This document shows positions 53,255 to 64,000 of a DNA stretch of 64,000 nucleotides, piece after piece. Numbering within the stretch: position 1 is the first letter of the stretch; every line of letters starts with the position of its first letter. The notes under the pieces were generated by a model. The model made no database searches and had not been told where the DNA came from. It saw only the letters and a list, made by a program, of their open reading frames with translations. Both the position numbers and the translations under genes were made by a program. The DNA comes from Paraspadella gotoi (lineage: Eukaryota; Animalia; Chaetognatha): positions 19,689,820-19,753,819 of the forward strand of contig CM119268.1 of the NCBI GenBank assembly GCA_051294375.1. Reading direction: 5' to 3'.

Positions 53255-53757
53255 TTAAAAAGGGAATCTTTTTAAGATGTAATAATTGATAAATATGATT
53301 GGATTTTTTTATGATATGGATGATAATCTTTTGTGATAAAGCTGTCATATAACAGAAAAAAACCATTAGCAGTCAAAACAGATCAAAAACATTTAATAAT
53401 ACATACTTAATTGATTATCAAGCACTATTTCCGGTTTGGGACACGCCCACTATTGATGAAAAGCCTTTATTGAACATTTTTTGTCTAAGTACTACTTATT
53501 AGATAATTTTACTAATTGCAGGATAAGTAAATAACAACTGCCTAACTTTTCATTTGTAGTAAAAAGAAAAATTTCATATTGTAATCCACGCCAACTTCCG
53601 GTAAATTGTGCGCAGGTCAAATGCAAAATCTGATTGACGACACCTTGTTAATCGTTTTAAGCACTTAAAATTATACTAGAAACTGTACAGGATTGTGAAA
53701 ATTTTCGACTGCATGGTTAAAAAAAAAACAGTGTAAATTAATTATATAAAATTATTG

Positions 53758-54317
53758 GGCGATCCCGGAGTTGAATACGCTCTGGAGGCTTATGAGAAAA
53801 CAAAGAGAAAGAAGAGGAAAAAACAAAGTTCGTTTCTATACAGACTGTAACAACAATGATATTAAAAACGTTTTTAAGCATCACGAGCTAAGGATTTCTT
53901 TTTAAATCTTTAAAAAATGTTTTTTAAATATTAGTAATTGTAATATTTAACTTACCCTTACCCCTAACTTATCTTTAACACTAACTTACCCCTAACTTAC
54001 CCCTAAACCTAACTTACCCCTAACTTATTTTTAACCTTAACTTATTTTTCTAGTTAACTTACACTTATTCTTAACCATAATTTATTGTAACCTTAATTTT
54101 TACCCAAATATATATTGGTTGTACCAATTTCATATAACAAAAATAAAAAATATTAAAAGAAAAATTATGATATCTAAATTCCTTTATTATTTTTCCCGAA
54201 ACGTTATCCTCTTCCTTTCCATTTTGTTCCTCTTCTTTTTTCCATTAATTCTTTAAAAAAAACTTTCCTCTTCGTTTTCCTATAGGCCTCCAGAGAACAT
54301 TGATCTCCAGGAATGCC
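53758..54317. mobile_element. Merlin-like MITE
   Basis: Imperfect TIR GGCGATCCCGGAG..CTCTGGAGGCTTAT / ATAGGCCTCCAGAG..CTCCAGGAATGCC; 8-bp TSD AATTATTG; internal CTTACCCCTAA repeats. Confidence 0.7.
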
Positions 54318-54653
54318 AATTATTGTATAAATAATAAATGTTAATGTTAATTTGTTCTCATTAAATTCGGCTTTCGTTTAAGCCTTAACTATTACAACAA
54401 GAACGGTAATTCCAATGTGTTGCGCCGCAGTAACTTTATTTTCACGTGTATTTCCCTTTGATGACATGATATGACTTGACATGACATGACTAAAAAACTT
54501 TTTTGTTCATGTATTTATGACATGCACTGCATCAAAATTCTGTTTTTTATTTTTCAGTTTTAGGAATTCCTTAAGGCGGCGCTAGCAGATCCTTAGATTT
54601 GAAGTTTATTCTGTCTAAACAAATGAGCAACCAACTATAGGCAAATTACAATT

Positions 54654-54796
54654 AAATGGCGTCTCAAATTGGCCCCGGAAAAATGCCAATTGATTATTTT
54701 TTCGCTGTTTGGGAAAAAAGGGGTTGTACGGGAGGCAATTTTTAGGGAGTTACTTTCGATAGTAAATTAAACTGGAATAGCCATATAGTCTATATA
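54654..54796 (+). pseudogene. Non-LTR (LINE) reverse transcriptase fragment
   Basis: Translates as KWRLKLAPEKCQLIIF ... GVTFDSKLNWNSHI, typical of Jockey/I-group RT C-terminal domains. Confidence 0.7.
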
Positions 54797-55300
54797 TAGT
54801 CTATATATCGTCAGCGGATACGAGATCCGCCTCCCCATGGATTAACTCAATCTCTTTCACTCTCTCCCCTCTCTCTCTCTCTCTCCCCCTCTCTCTCATT
54901 CGATCGCGGGAGAAACTAAGCTGCGAATCATGGGGCGTAGAGTGGGACTAGGGCAAAGGGGACGTTGCATGGGCCGAGGGAATAGGAAGGATAGACTGGA
55001 GGTTTCAGAAGTGAAGCAGCCCTCGGCCCGAATGGTTGTACAAATATTCTAGCTTTTTATTTGATACTTTGCTTAACTTGTACATAAATAATTAAATACT
55101 GTTTGCTCACAATTTTTGTTCGTGATGTTCGTGGTGTCACCGACGAGATTCGAGAAAAAGTAAAAAAAAAACCACGCAAAAAGGAAAAACCGAAGAGACA
55201 CTCGACGACGCAAAGAAAAAGTAAAAAAAAAGTGCAAACCATTCGGGGACTCTCACCTAACAAGATTGAGCCAAATACGAAATCTCGCTCCATCTTAGAC

Positions 55301-57306
55301 ATGGCAAAATTGCTTGGCACAGGTGAGAAGGGGGCTAGCAAAGAATCGCTACCGCCGCTGCAACCCATCGCACCGGCCGGCGAGAAGTCGTCCGAGGCCA
55401 TGCAAGGCATGGTGGGCCCCTACCTCGATAGACGTACCGGCATGGTCGTCAATTATGACGGCAGAACCGAGCCCCATCAACCAATGGACGAAGTGACCGC
55501 CGGGCTTGACAAGATCAAGCTCGTCGACGACGACGAAGGCGCCGCTGCCAGCCATACGGCGGAAAGCGAGAATCTACGAAGAATCGCCGAAGGAAAAAAA
55601 GGAAACATGGGGGCCGCAATCACCGAGATGCTGGCCCTGATAAACGACAACAAGGTGGAGTTCCGCCGCGCCGCGGCGGAGTCCCGCCAAGCGGCCGCCG
55701 AAACCAGAAAATGGCCAACCTCGCTCAAGCGGTAGAAGAGCTGGCCACGACGCCGAGAGAAGAGGGTCCAATCCACTCTCACGCGCGCCAGTGAAAATGG
55801 ACAGGCAACGCGAAGGAGAGAAGCCAATGGAATTCCTGCGCGGCATCTATAGGAACCTAAAGAACTGCGACTTTGACGAAAGAAGAGTAAATGAACAACT
55901 ACAAGTCGTCCTTGCCCGCGACGAGGAGGCGAACTGGTACGTCGACCCCATAGGCGGCAGCCTGTGGAAAGGACTTGAATCAATGTGTAAGGAATCGTCA
56001 ATCACGGCGGCGGAAATAGCCGAAAAAAAAGTGGTAAAAGTGGACCCAAAAGAACACTCCAAGTAGGGACTCCCACTCGTCAACTCGATCACCGGAAGAG
56101 CAAGACGCAGTCTTGTGCCACGTGGCCCGTCTGTTGACTAAGGCATTGGACCCGTACGCCCCGAGAATATCAAGGGAAGTCCTCAAGTTCCGGAAGCTTA
56201 TCGACACGGGAAACCGCCAGGAATTAGGCAAAGAAATAGAGTGGATATTGCGAGGCTGGCTGGAAATGTATGGTTATAAAGCCGAAGGCACCGCTCTTTG
56301 CTTCATAAACTCCGTGAAGGACAACGATCGTCAAATCCTCACGGACTCACTCCTAAAAAAGGGCCTGAGCGACAAAAACCCTGCGGAAAGCGCAAACGCC
56401 CTCTACCAGGGCGCGATGATGCAGGAGGCAAATAACACGCGAGAACTCATGGAAAAGCTCACCAAAAGCATGTCGGCGATCCAAAGAGCCGTCGAAACCA
56501 AGAAAGACGACGGAAGGTGGAGAGGCCGCCAACCAAGAGACACGAGACGCCCCGAGTGGCGCGACAGGCGCGAAGGGGGGAACGACAAACGCTGGCAAGG
56601 CAGGCAGACCCGCGCGGACAGAAACTTCCGGCGTGATAAATTTGAGTTTAGGCGCAGAGACGCGATTGTAACTGATGAATTAGATGTTCAAAACGCAAAT
56701 AAAGCCTTCGAAAATTACAATTACTTATTATTACCGTGCCCGAAGTCAGAGAAAGGAAAGCTAGCAAATGATGCCGCTGACAGGATCAAAAATGCCGCAT
56801 AGAAATGGCAACCGTCTGACGCCCTGGCAAAATTCGCTGACTGCGCCAAAACGGCAATCAAATTCAGAGGCAAAGACGCAGCAGCTAGACTGTACAAGTT
56901 GTTCGCCCCACTGGGAGTGCGAGATAGGCACCTGTTAGCCACAGCCATAGTTAAAGAATCTGAGGTCCCATGGAAGAGCTTCTCCGTGAAGGACAAATTC
57001 GCGCATGTAAAATGCCTAAAGGCATGCAAAAAGCTCTGCAAGAAGGCAACAAACCGTGAAAATGGCAGGCCGAAGGAAATGCCACCACCAGCGCCACCTC
57101 AGGACGAGGCTGAAAGACCAAAACAAAGCAAAGCCAAGGCGAGACTCAGGACATTTGTGGAATTTAGTGGAATAAAATCGAGAAGGATGATTTACAACCC
57201 GACCTACACGGTCGTTGGAACAAACCAAGGCGAGTCTCTGCACCAGGAGACGATCAGGAGGATCGAACGCCTATGACACGAACCCGAAACGCTCACGCCG
57301 CCCGTC
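55301..57306 (+). pseudogene. gag: gag-like region with frameshifts and in-frame stops
   Basis: RQREGEKPMEFLRGI resembles the gag Q..GE....F motif; Arg-rich segment; position between PBS and protease. Confidence 0.6.
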
Positions 57307-60300
57307 ATGAAAGAGGAATCTAGAAAGGATGAACAAATGCCTCCACGCTTACCCGACTCGCCGCCAGAGGCGCCCCGTCCAATAGGGAAAACAAGTGGCC
57401 CGAAACCAAGAGACGATACGGGTAAAGGCTTTAGGCACACGGGGAATAACTACATCCCGGCAGTGATAAACGGAGCCCCGGCCAGTTGCCTACACGACAC
57501 TGGCGCCTCTATAAACATGATACCAAGAAGGTTTGTGGACGAATGGTCCCTGTCAAATAAAATATATCTCGGAACCCCGCTAAGAGTAACAACAGGAAAT
57601 GGGCCGATTACTATAAGGGAAAGACTAAACTTAAGAGTGATGTTCCAAAACTGGATCCTGGATACAGTATTCTTCGTCTCACCCGATGCAGAAGACAGGG
57701 ACATCATCTTGGGCACCGCGACGACCGACCCTGGTCCCAGCAATGACATGTGGGTAGTGACACCGAACGACAAGGATGGCACCCAGGTAGCACATATGAA
57801 CGGCAAGCCGGTCACCAACCTCTTCAAAAATAAGCAGGTCGCCCTCAAGGCCGGCAGATGGTTAGCCAGACAATACGTTGACGACAAAACGGAAATTCCC
57901 CTGTATGCCGAAACAAATGGCGCCGCGGGCGCCAAAGTCAGAGCTGCCCGCACGTACTGGAAATCCCTAGCCGACTCGAAGTGGCTGATGGAATCAATCG
58001 ATGAAAAGACAGCAGTGACCGTGACAGGAAACGATCTAAAAGAAGGAGTAGACCTCCCCGGAGAGCCCGGCGCTTGGGGATTGGCCAAGATAATCATCGC
58101 AGAAAATGCAGCCAGGGAGATGGGTTTAAAGCCACATTGCGCGGGCAGGCCTGTAGACGCCGACTTTACAGGTACGGAACCCCGACTGCGCAAAGCATGT
58201 AAGACGGAGATCCCTCCGACAACGATAATAAGGCACATACCCTCAAAAGAAGAGGTTGAGGAAGCAGACAAGGCTAGACGCAGAAGAAGGCAAAAGCACG
58301 ACGACAGAGGGCGCGAGGCCTTCCTAAAACCGTTCCAAGAAATAGACCCATCCCTCAGCGAGAAAGCAGAAGAAGTGCTAAACGTGGTCTGGGAGTACAG
58401 AGACATATTTGGCGAATCGATAAACGATTGCAAAGAAGGCTTCCTCAATTACAAGGTCGGCTTAGGCTTCACGACAAACAACCTACCCAAACCGAGATTC
58501 ATGAACCAGGGCCCAGTAAAGAAGGCTGCTCTCAAGAGATACTTGGAGGTATACGAACAAGCAGGCGGCGTCTCCAGAACGACAGGCAAAGCGTACTCGA
58601 ATGCGTTCTTGATAAAGAAACCAAATCACATCAAGGAAGGGCAAAACAAAATGGACGATGAAACTTTCGCCAAACAATGGCGCCTTATATGCGACCTCTC
58701 AGCGGTAAATAAGAACATCTCAACTGTTGCCACCGAACCCCAAACAATCGCCTCCATCCTGGAGCAATATAAACCTCACGAGCACCAATGCTCGGTAGAT
58801 ATCCTAGCATGTTTCCATCAAGTAAACTTAACGGACAGGTGCAAGCCGGTAACCACCTTCGCCGGTGCGGGACATAACTGGAAAATGAACAAGCTCCAGA
58901 TTGGGGGGTAAACAGCATAAACGTGCTGCAGGCAATACTCGATGAGATCTTTGCCGAATTAGGAAGAGATGTCAAAAGCTTCCTCATCTACGTTGACGAC
59001 CTGATCCTAACAGCAAAGTCCCCAGAAGAGATGGCAGACAGGCTGAGAGAATTCCTCGATATTTGCAGAAAAGAAAATGTGGTCCTTAAGTGGACAAAGA
59101 GCGTTCTCCTAAGGAAAGACGACATCAAGATCCTCGGCTTCAGCATCTCGAAAGACAAGCTGAAACCACAAAGGGAAAAACTAGAACAAGCCGAACTGAA
59201 ACTGAAGGAAATAAAAACGCAAAAGGAGCTGCGCGCTCTGTTGGAGTCGCTAAACTGCTACAGGTGCTTCATGCACCGATTTTCGTACCTGGCACAACCG
59301 CTCCACGCGCTGACCCTGGTGGACAGAAAAGACTTCGAGTTTAGGAACGAACAGAGAAAGGCCCTGGAGACGCTAGTGGAGGAAATTAAGTCGACGCCAG
59401 GATTAAATTTCTTAAATGATGCAAAAATTAAAAATGGCGAATACAAAATATATGCCGACGCAAGTACAAGTGCCATGGGAGGCCTGATTACAGCGACCGC
59501 AAACGGAACCGAGTACCCCCTCAGCTTCCATTCGAAATCTTTCCCTGAAGAATACAGGATAAAACACATTAACATCCTAGAAACGCTTGCCTTCAATATG
59601 ATGGTGAGAAAATTCAAAGGCTACATCTGTGGAAGAAAGGTCAGCCTAGTAACAGACTCACAGTACTTCAAAAGAGTGATGGACCAGCAACACGACAAGC
59701 AGCAGCTGCTACCAACGAACGTACTACGCTGGATCACGGAAATAAGTGCCACCCTTCTGAGATAATCCTGGTAAAGAGTGGTGACAATCCAGCAGACTTC
59801 TTAACCAGGTTCACGGACCAAAATCATATCACTCCGCTCGACACTCCTTTTCTGGCCGCCGGTTTTGACATCAATGGCAGTTACAAGCCAGGATTCACCG
59901 AGGAACCCTTATCAGGCGAGTCATGGCCGGGCCACCTGGAGCTCAGAGTGGGCGGAGCACCGATACTCGGAATTATAGCCGAAGCGCTAAATATTGATGA
60001 AAAAAGTTTTCGAACAAAATTCTTCGAGTTTATGAAAAACCGTTTCGCTCGCCAGAGGGCGAACATAAGGAAACTGTATGGCTCGCCAAAAACAAAAGAC
60101 GCGTGCACGTTTATCAGAACAATCTCATCAAAAGACTGGTCGTTAGGCCACCCTGAACTAGAAGCACTGGCAGAAATGACCGGGATTTGCCTAAAAATAT
60201 TAGACGAGGACAGCACCTCATAAGCCGGCTGTAATTACAAAAAGATAGATGGCGGAGGAAAAGAAAGAGAGATAAGAATCTTCAGAACAGCCACGGGCCA

Positions 60301-61384
60301 AGCCTCGTTGATCAGCGACACCGAAAGAAGGATTTGAGCTATTAGACAGCTGGTAGACGGCCCACGCAACAACGATGAAGTATTAAACATCGAGCTGGAA
60401 CACAGGATCGAAGAAGAAAGAGCCTACCGCAGGCGAGTACCCAGGGCCAGGATTGCGCCGGCACCAATAATGAGACCGTCATCAATGCTTCCGGCCGACA
60501 CCCTGAGAATAAATTACAACCTCCACGCGACTCCAGCAAATTGAGGCCGAAGGAGGATGCCTGGGCCGCTATTGGAAGCACCAACCGAGGAAGACCGAGA
60601 CGAAGCGGCACCTCAAAACAAACCAAGAACAACGAACGGTCAACGAACCAGAATTGTATGAGCGAAGAAGAGAGGGCCCCCCATCCCAAGAGAACCAGCC
60701 GCCCGAGAGGATAGCGGGCCCACCCAACTCGCCCCACTCACGTGACAGAGTCGAACATGAACAACCAGCCAAAACCGGAACCAGAGCGGAAGCAAGCGTA
60801 ATAAACGTGGATCGAAACTCACCCGAGCCCACAATTCAGGAACCGAGGCCCACCCAAGGAAGAATGAACACCCAAGCGAATCAGATAATCACAGACTTAG
60901 CCATCGAGGCTTCGGTTGACGTAGACGAAATCGACCTAGAAGAGGACTTACTAAGCAACGTTAAGCGTGACTCCTCGCTTATGCCAATGAGAGCAGAGAT
61001 AAAAAGCTGGCAAAATGAGTGTAGCGAAATCAAAGACGCCAGGGAGATCTACAAAAACCATGGCGCAGGGGGCCTCAGAACACACCTAGAAGCGGGCGAG
61101 AGGAAATTGCTTACGCCCACACAAACATTCCTCCTCCGAAACGTAGACGACTTAGAGAAAACCAAGGATGGAATTCTATGCGTCATCGGATTCACCGCCA
61201 CAAGTCGCTCAACGAGGTATATTATCCCACAACAAAACCTGAAGGAGGTAGTGAAAAAGATACACGAAAAGCTGGGCCACCCAGGCAGAGACCGTTCAGC
61301 TTATCTAGCAGCGCATTACATAGCAGCCCCGAATATGGTAAATTCATGCGGGGAAGTGGTACTTGAGTGCGACCGCTGTAAGCG
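57307..61384 (+). pseudogene. pol: pol: protease, RT, RNase H, extra domain, integrase Zn finger
   Basis: LHDTGASIN..IILG (protease); WRLICDL..VNK, SVDILACFHQV, IYVDDLIL, IKILGF (RT); IYADAS, HINILETLA, LVTDS, NPADFLTR (RNase H); HEKLGH..CDRC (HHCC). Confidence 0.92.
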
Positions 61385-62157
61385 TGTAGGATTGAACCCG
61401 TACACTTCACACGACCTGATCAATCAGAACGGCATTTAGTCATGTTGAATACTTATTCAAACTCTATAAAAATTCTCTTCACAACAAATAAATCTTTTGT
61501 CTTTTCAAAACAAGGAAACTGTTGCTAAAGCAAATCACTGGTTTCATTTCACATTATTTTATGTTATTCCATTGAGCCTGGAAACCATTTTGAATTCTTC
61601 TAGAAGAAAAATTAACAGACTCCAAACTTGTTATTAATTTTCCTTATTAATATCGATTAATTCCATTGTTATTGTTTAATTAATTCATTAATTATTATTT
61701 TTGAATGATATAGATATTGCATTAGCTTGCCAGTAAAAGCTTATGGAATATCTATATTTCTTGATTATTTTATTAAAGTTTCATTTAATAAAGAACCAAA
61801 CAAGTTGGTTCAGGCTGATTTATAAGGCGCCAATTAAACTTTGCCACGAGCGTCAGCGCCAACGCCAAAGTATTTCCGGTTCGAGCCAAATCCATTCACG
61901 TCATCTACATTGGTGATCACGACGTCGGACCCTCCAACAATCTTCAACAAGCAACCCACCTACGACTCATCGATGAGCATAATCTCGCAAAACGCGACAA
62001 TCCTCTGCCTGCATCTAAAGGCAATCAACATCCTTTCGGATTCGGCAGGGGGCGATCCTTACGCGACAACTCTCTCAATAACCTCGTCAACAATCTCGCG
62101 CGCCGTCTTTCAATTACTCGCTTTCATCACCTGACGTCGACAGCTTTTTCCGACGCC

Positions 62158-63046
62158 AATGGGAAGAGGGCGACCGCCGCCCCACAGGAGACTGAACCTT
62201 CGCACCTCTCGCAAACGCTCTCGCGCCTTAGAGAAAAAGAAGAAGCCGAGATTGCCACCTTCGACCCAAAAACAATTGACATTGGGTCCGCAGGGTCGAA
62301 ACAGCCTACGTAAGAGCAAAACATTCGCGACGCAAAAAAAAATTTGCTTATTTAGAGTCAAAAATTGACGTCAACCTCAACCTCTCGAGTGAACGCCTTT
62401 CTTTATGACGAAAAGTCCGAGGCCGCTGGAACCAGTTGTCACTACTGAAGAAGTAATGGCCAAACTCATCGTTCAGCAGGCTTCACTTCTCCTTGATGGA
62501 TTCGGCCGAGATGGCCTTCGCCCATCACAGCATCTTGCTCGGCTCGAAGAAAAGATCAAAGCCGTCACCATCGACGACCTTAAGAAGGAGACGATCGTCC
62601 GAGGTCTCCCCCTGGAGATCCGGCGCTCCCTCGAAGGAAGAATCGACGCCCTGACAGCAGCCGAGTTGGCCGACGAGGCCGACAAATTCTTCGACGCCGA
62701 AGGGCGTCCTCGACTCGCCGCGCCAACCTCCACAATCAACGCTGCCACAATCGAGCAGCTTGTCGATGACCAAGGCACTGACAGCGATGGCGAAATGGAA
62801 ATAAACGCCATCGGAGGCCATCGCCGCGATTGCAGCCGTCAGCCGACCAACAACTGGAGATCAGCGCCATCAAGTAGATCGTCGACAGGTTCTCGGCCTC
62901 CAAATCAAAAACTGAAACAAATTTGCCGTTACCATCTTAAATTTGGAGATGCAGCCTTCAAATGCGAACGCGGCTGCGCCCGCAGAGGCGACCTCAAGGA
63001 GAAGGATGCCAAGATGGGAAACGGATCGGCGGGGCAGCGCAGGTGA
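62158..63046 (+). pseudogene. gag: gag with CHCC zinc knuckle; 5' part frameshifted
   Basis: CRYHLKFGDAAFKCERGC (Cx2Hx9Cx3C) is characteristic of the CsRn1 clade; homologous to 44284-44845. Confidence 0.85.
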
Positions 63047-63060
63047 ACGCTGTGCCCCGC
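63016..63060 (+). promoter_or_regulatory. Programmed -1 ribosomal frameshift signal
   Basis: In-frame slippery heptamer G GGA AAC (63016-63022), 6-nt spacer, stem GCGGGGCA (63029-63036) / TGCCCCGC (63053-63060). Confidence 0.85.
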
Positions 63061-64000
63061 TCTAACGCCGATTCACCTGACTCTTTTCTCCTACATGTCG
63101 TCGACGCGAGTGATGGACGCCATTGGCTGGTGGACGGCGGAGCCTTGCTCTTGCTTATTCCACCAACGCCGGAGCAAAGAGCAGCGGGACCGACTGAAGC
63201 ACAGCTTCAGGCGGCTAACGGCAGCCCTATAGCGTGTTATGGAGTAGCTCACAGGAGGATCACACTCGGCCCTCGAATTTTTCCCTTCGACGTCCTAATC
63301 GCCGACGTCACTCAAAATATTCTCGGCGCCGACTTCTTAGCCGAATACTTCCTTGCTCCTAACCACCGCGATGGCTTGCTGCTCGACCTGAGGGATTACT
63401 CGACAATCCCCTGCGCAGTCTCCCGCGGCTCAGCACCCTCACATGTCAACTTCGTCGATCAGAAGGACGACGTATACTACCAGCTACTGGACAAGTATCC
63501 ATCGCTCTCAAAACCAAGCTTTGAACTCGGGGTGCGCCACCACATCCCAACGGAAGGCCGCCCCTGCCAAGCCCGAGCTCGATGCCTATCTCCCGAAAAA
63601 CTCGCCGTCGCCAAAGCCGAGTTAGAGAAAATGGTTCAGCTCGGCATCGCCAAAAGAGCGAAAAGTTCATGGTCCTCGCCAATCCTCTGTGTCCCAAAAT
63701 CTGATGGAGGTTGGCGAGTCTGTGGAGACTTCCGCCGCCTCAACTCGAAGACTCGAGATGATAAATACCCGGTCAAACTGCTCGCAGATTTTAATGCGCA
63801 ACTCGCCGGTAAAAAAATCTTCTCAAAGGTCGATTTGTTGAAAGGGTATCATCAGATCCCAGTAGCGGATGAGGACGTCGTCAAGACTGCCGTCATAACA
63901 CCCTTCGGCCTCTTCGTCTTCCTGCGGACCCCGTTCGGCCTTAAAAACGCCGGACAGGATTTCCAAAGGATGATGGATGAGATTCTTGGCGACATACCGC
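63019..64000 (+). CDS. pol: pol (protease, RT N-terminus), open to the window edge, -1 frame relative to gag
   Basis: WLVDGGA, LQAANG, NILGADFL, SSWSSPILCVPK..GGWRVCGDFRRLN, FSKVDLLKGYHQIP, TPFGLKNAGQDFQR; no stop seen; absent from the ORF track because it has no stop in the window. Confidence 0.93.

Larger units (their letters stand above)
49876..53735. mobile_element. Long-TIR non-autonomous DNA transposon (TA-CACTG termini)
   Basis: 49876-~50030 is a near-perfect reverse complement of ~53590-53735; imperfect symmetry extends ~400 bp; contains nested insertions. Confidence 0.85.
54808..61384 (+). mobile_element. Divergent Ty3/Gypsy LTR retrotransposon, interrupted in the integrase by another Gypsy
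   Basis: Putative LTR ~54808-55131 (ends uncertain), PBS TGGTGTCACCGACGAGAT at 55132, then gag-like region, protease, RT, RNase H and HHCC in Gypsy order. Confidence 0.88.
61385..64000 (+). mobile_element. CsRn1-like Ty3/Gypsy, 5' part, running off the window
   Basis: LTR TGTAGG at 61385 to TCTACA at 61909 shares blocks with 43125-44044; PBS TGGTGATCACGACG at 61911; gag and pol follow. Confidence 0.92.

Noticed and set aside
54363-54386. Hammerhead remnant (minus strand AAGGCTT..AAGCCGAA)
   Set aside because: Only a stem II-like hairpin; core and TSD missing.
57450-58448. 332-aa antisense ORF
   Set aside because: Shadow of the Gypsy pol frame; no motifs recognised.

Overview
AT-rich eukaryotic (probably invertebrate animal) scaffold, mostly transposon-derived, with three N-gaps. 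One convincing host coding exon (41740-42703, minus strand, two PPxY motifs). Mobile elements: a decayed Merlin/IS1595-type transposase; many Helentron-associated non-autonomous elements (HINE/DINE-1-like, two families); hAT-, Tc1/mariner-, Kolobok- and Merlin-like MITEs; tRNA-derived SINEs; a LINE RT fragment; two CsRn1-clade Ty3/Gypsy copies; and one very divergent Gypsy. Most interesting: (i) TSD-flanked Penelope-like remnants carrying minimal type I hammerhead ribozymes, two as inverted pairs; (ii) an apparent catalytically dead OTU-like domain between RNase H and integrase in the divergent Gypsy; (iii) an intact -1 frameshift signal in the CsRn1-like gag-pol. All calls are by eye; no searches were run.
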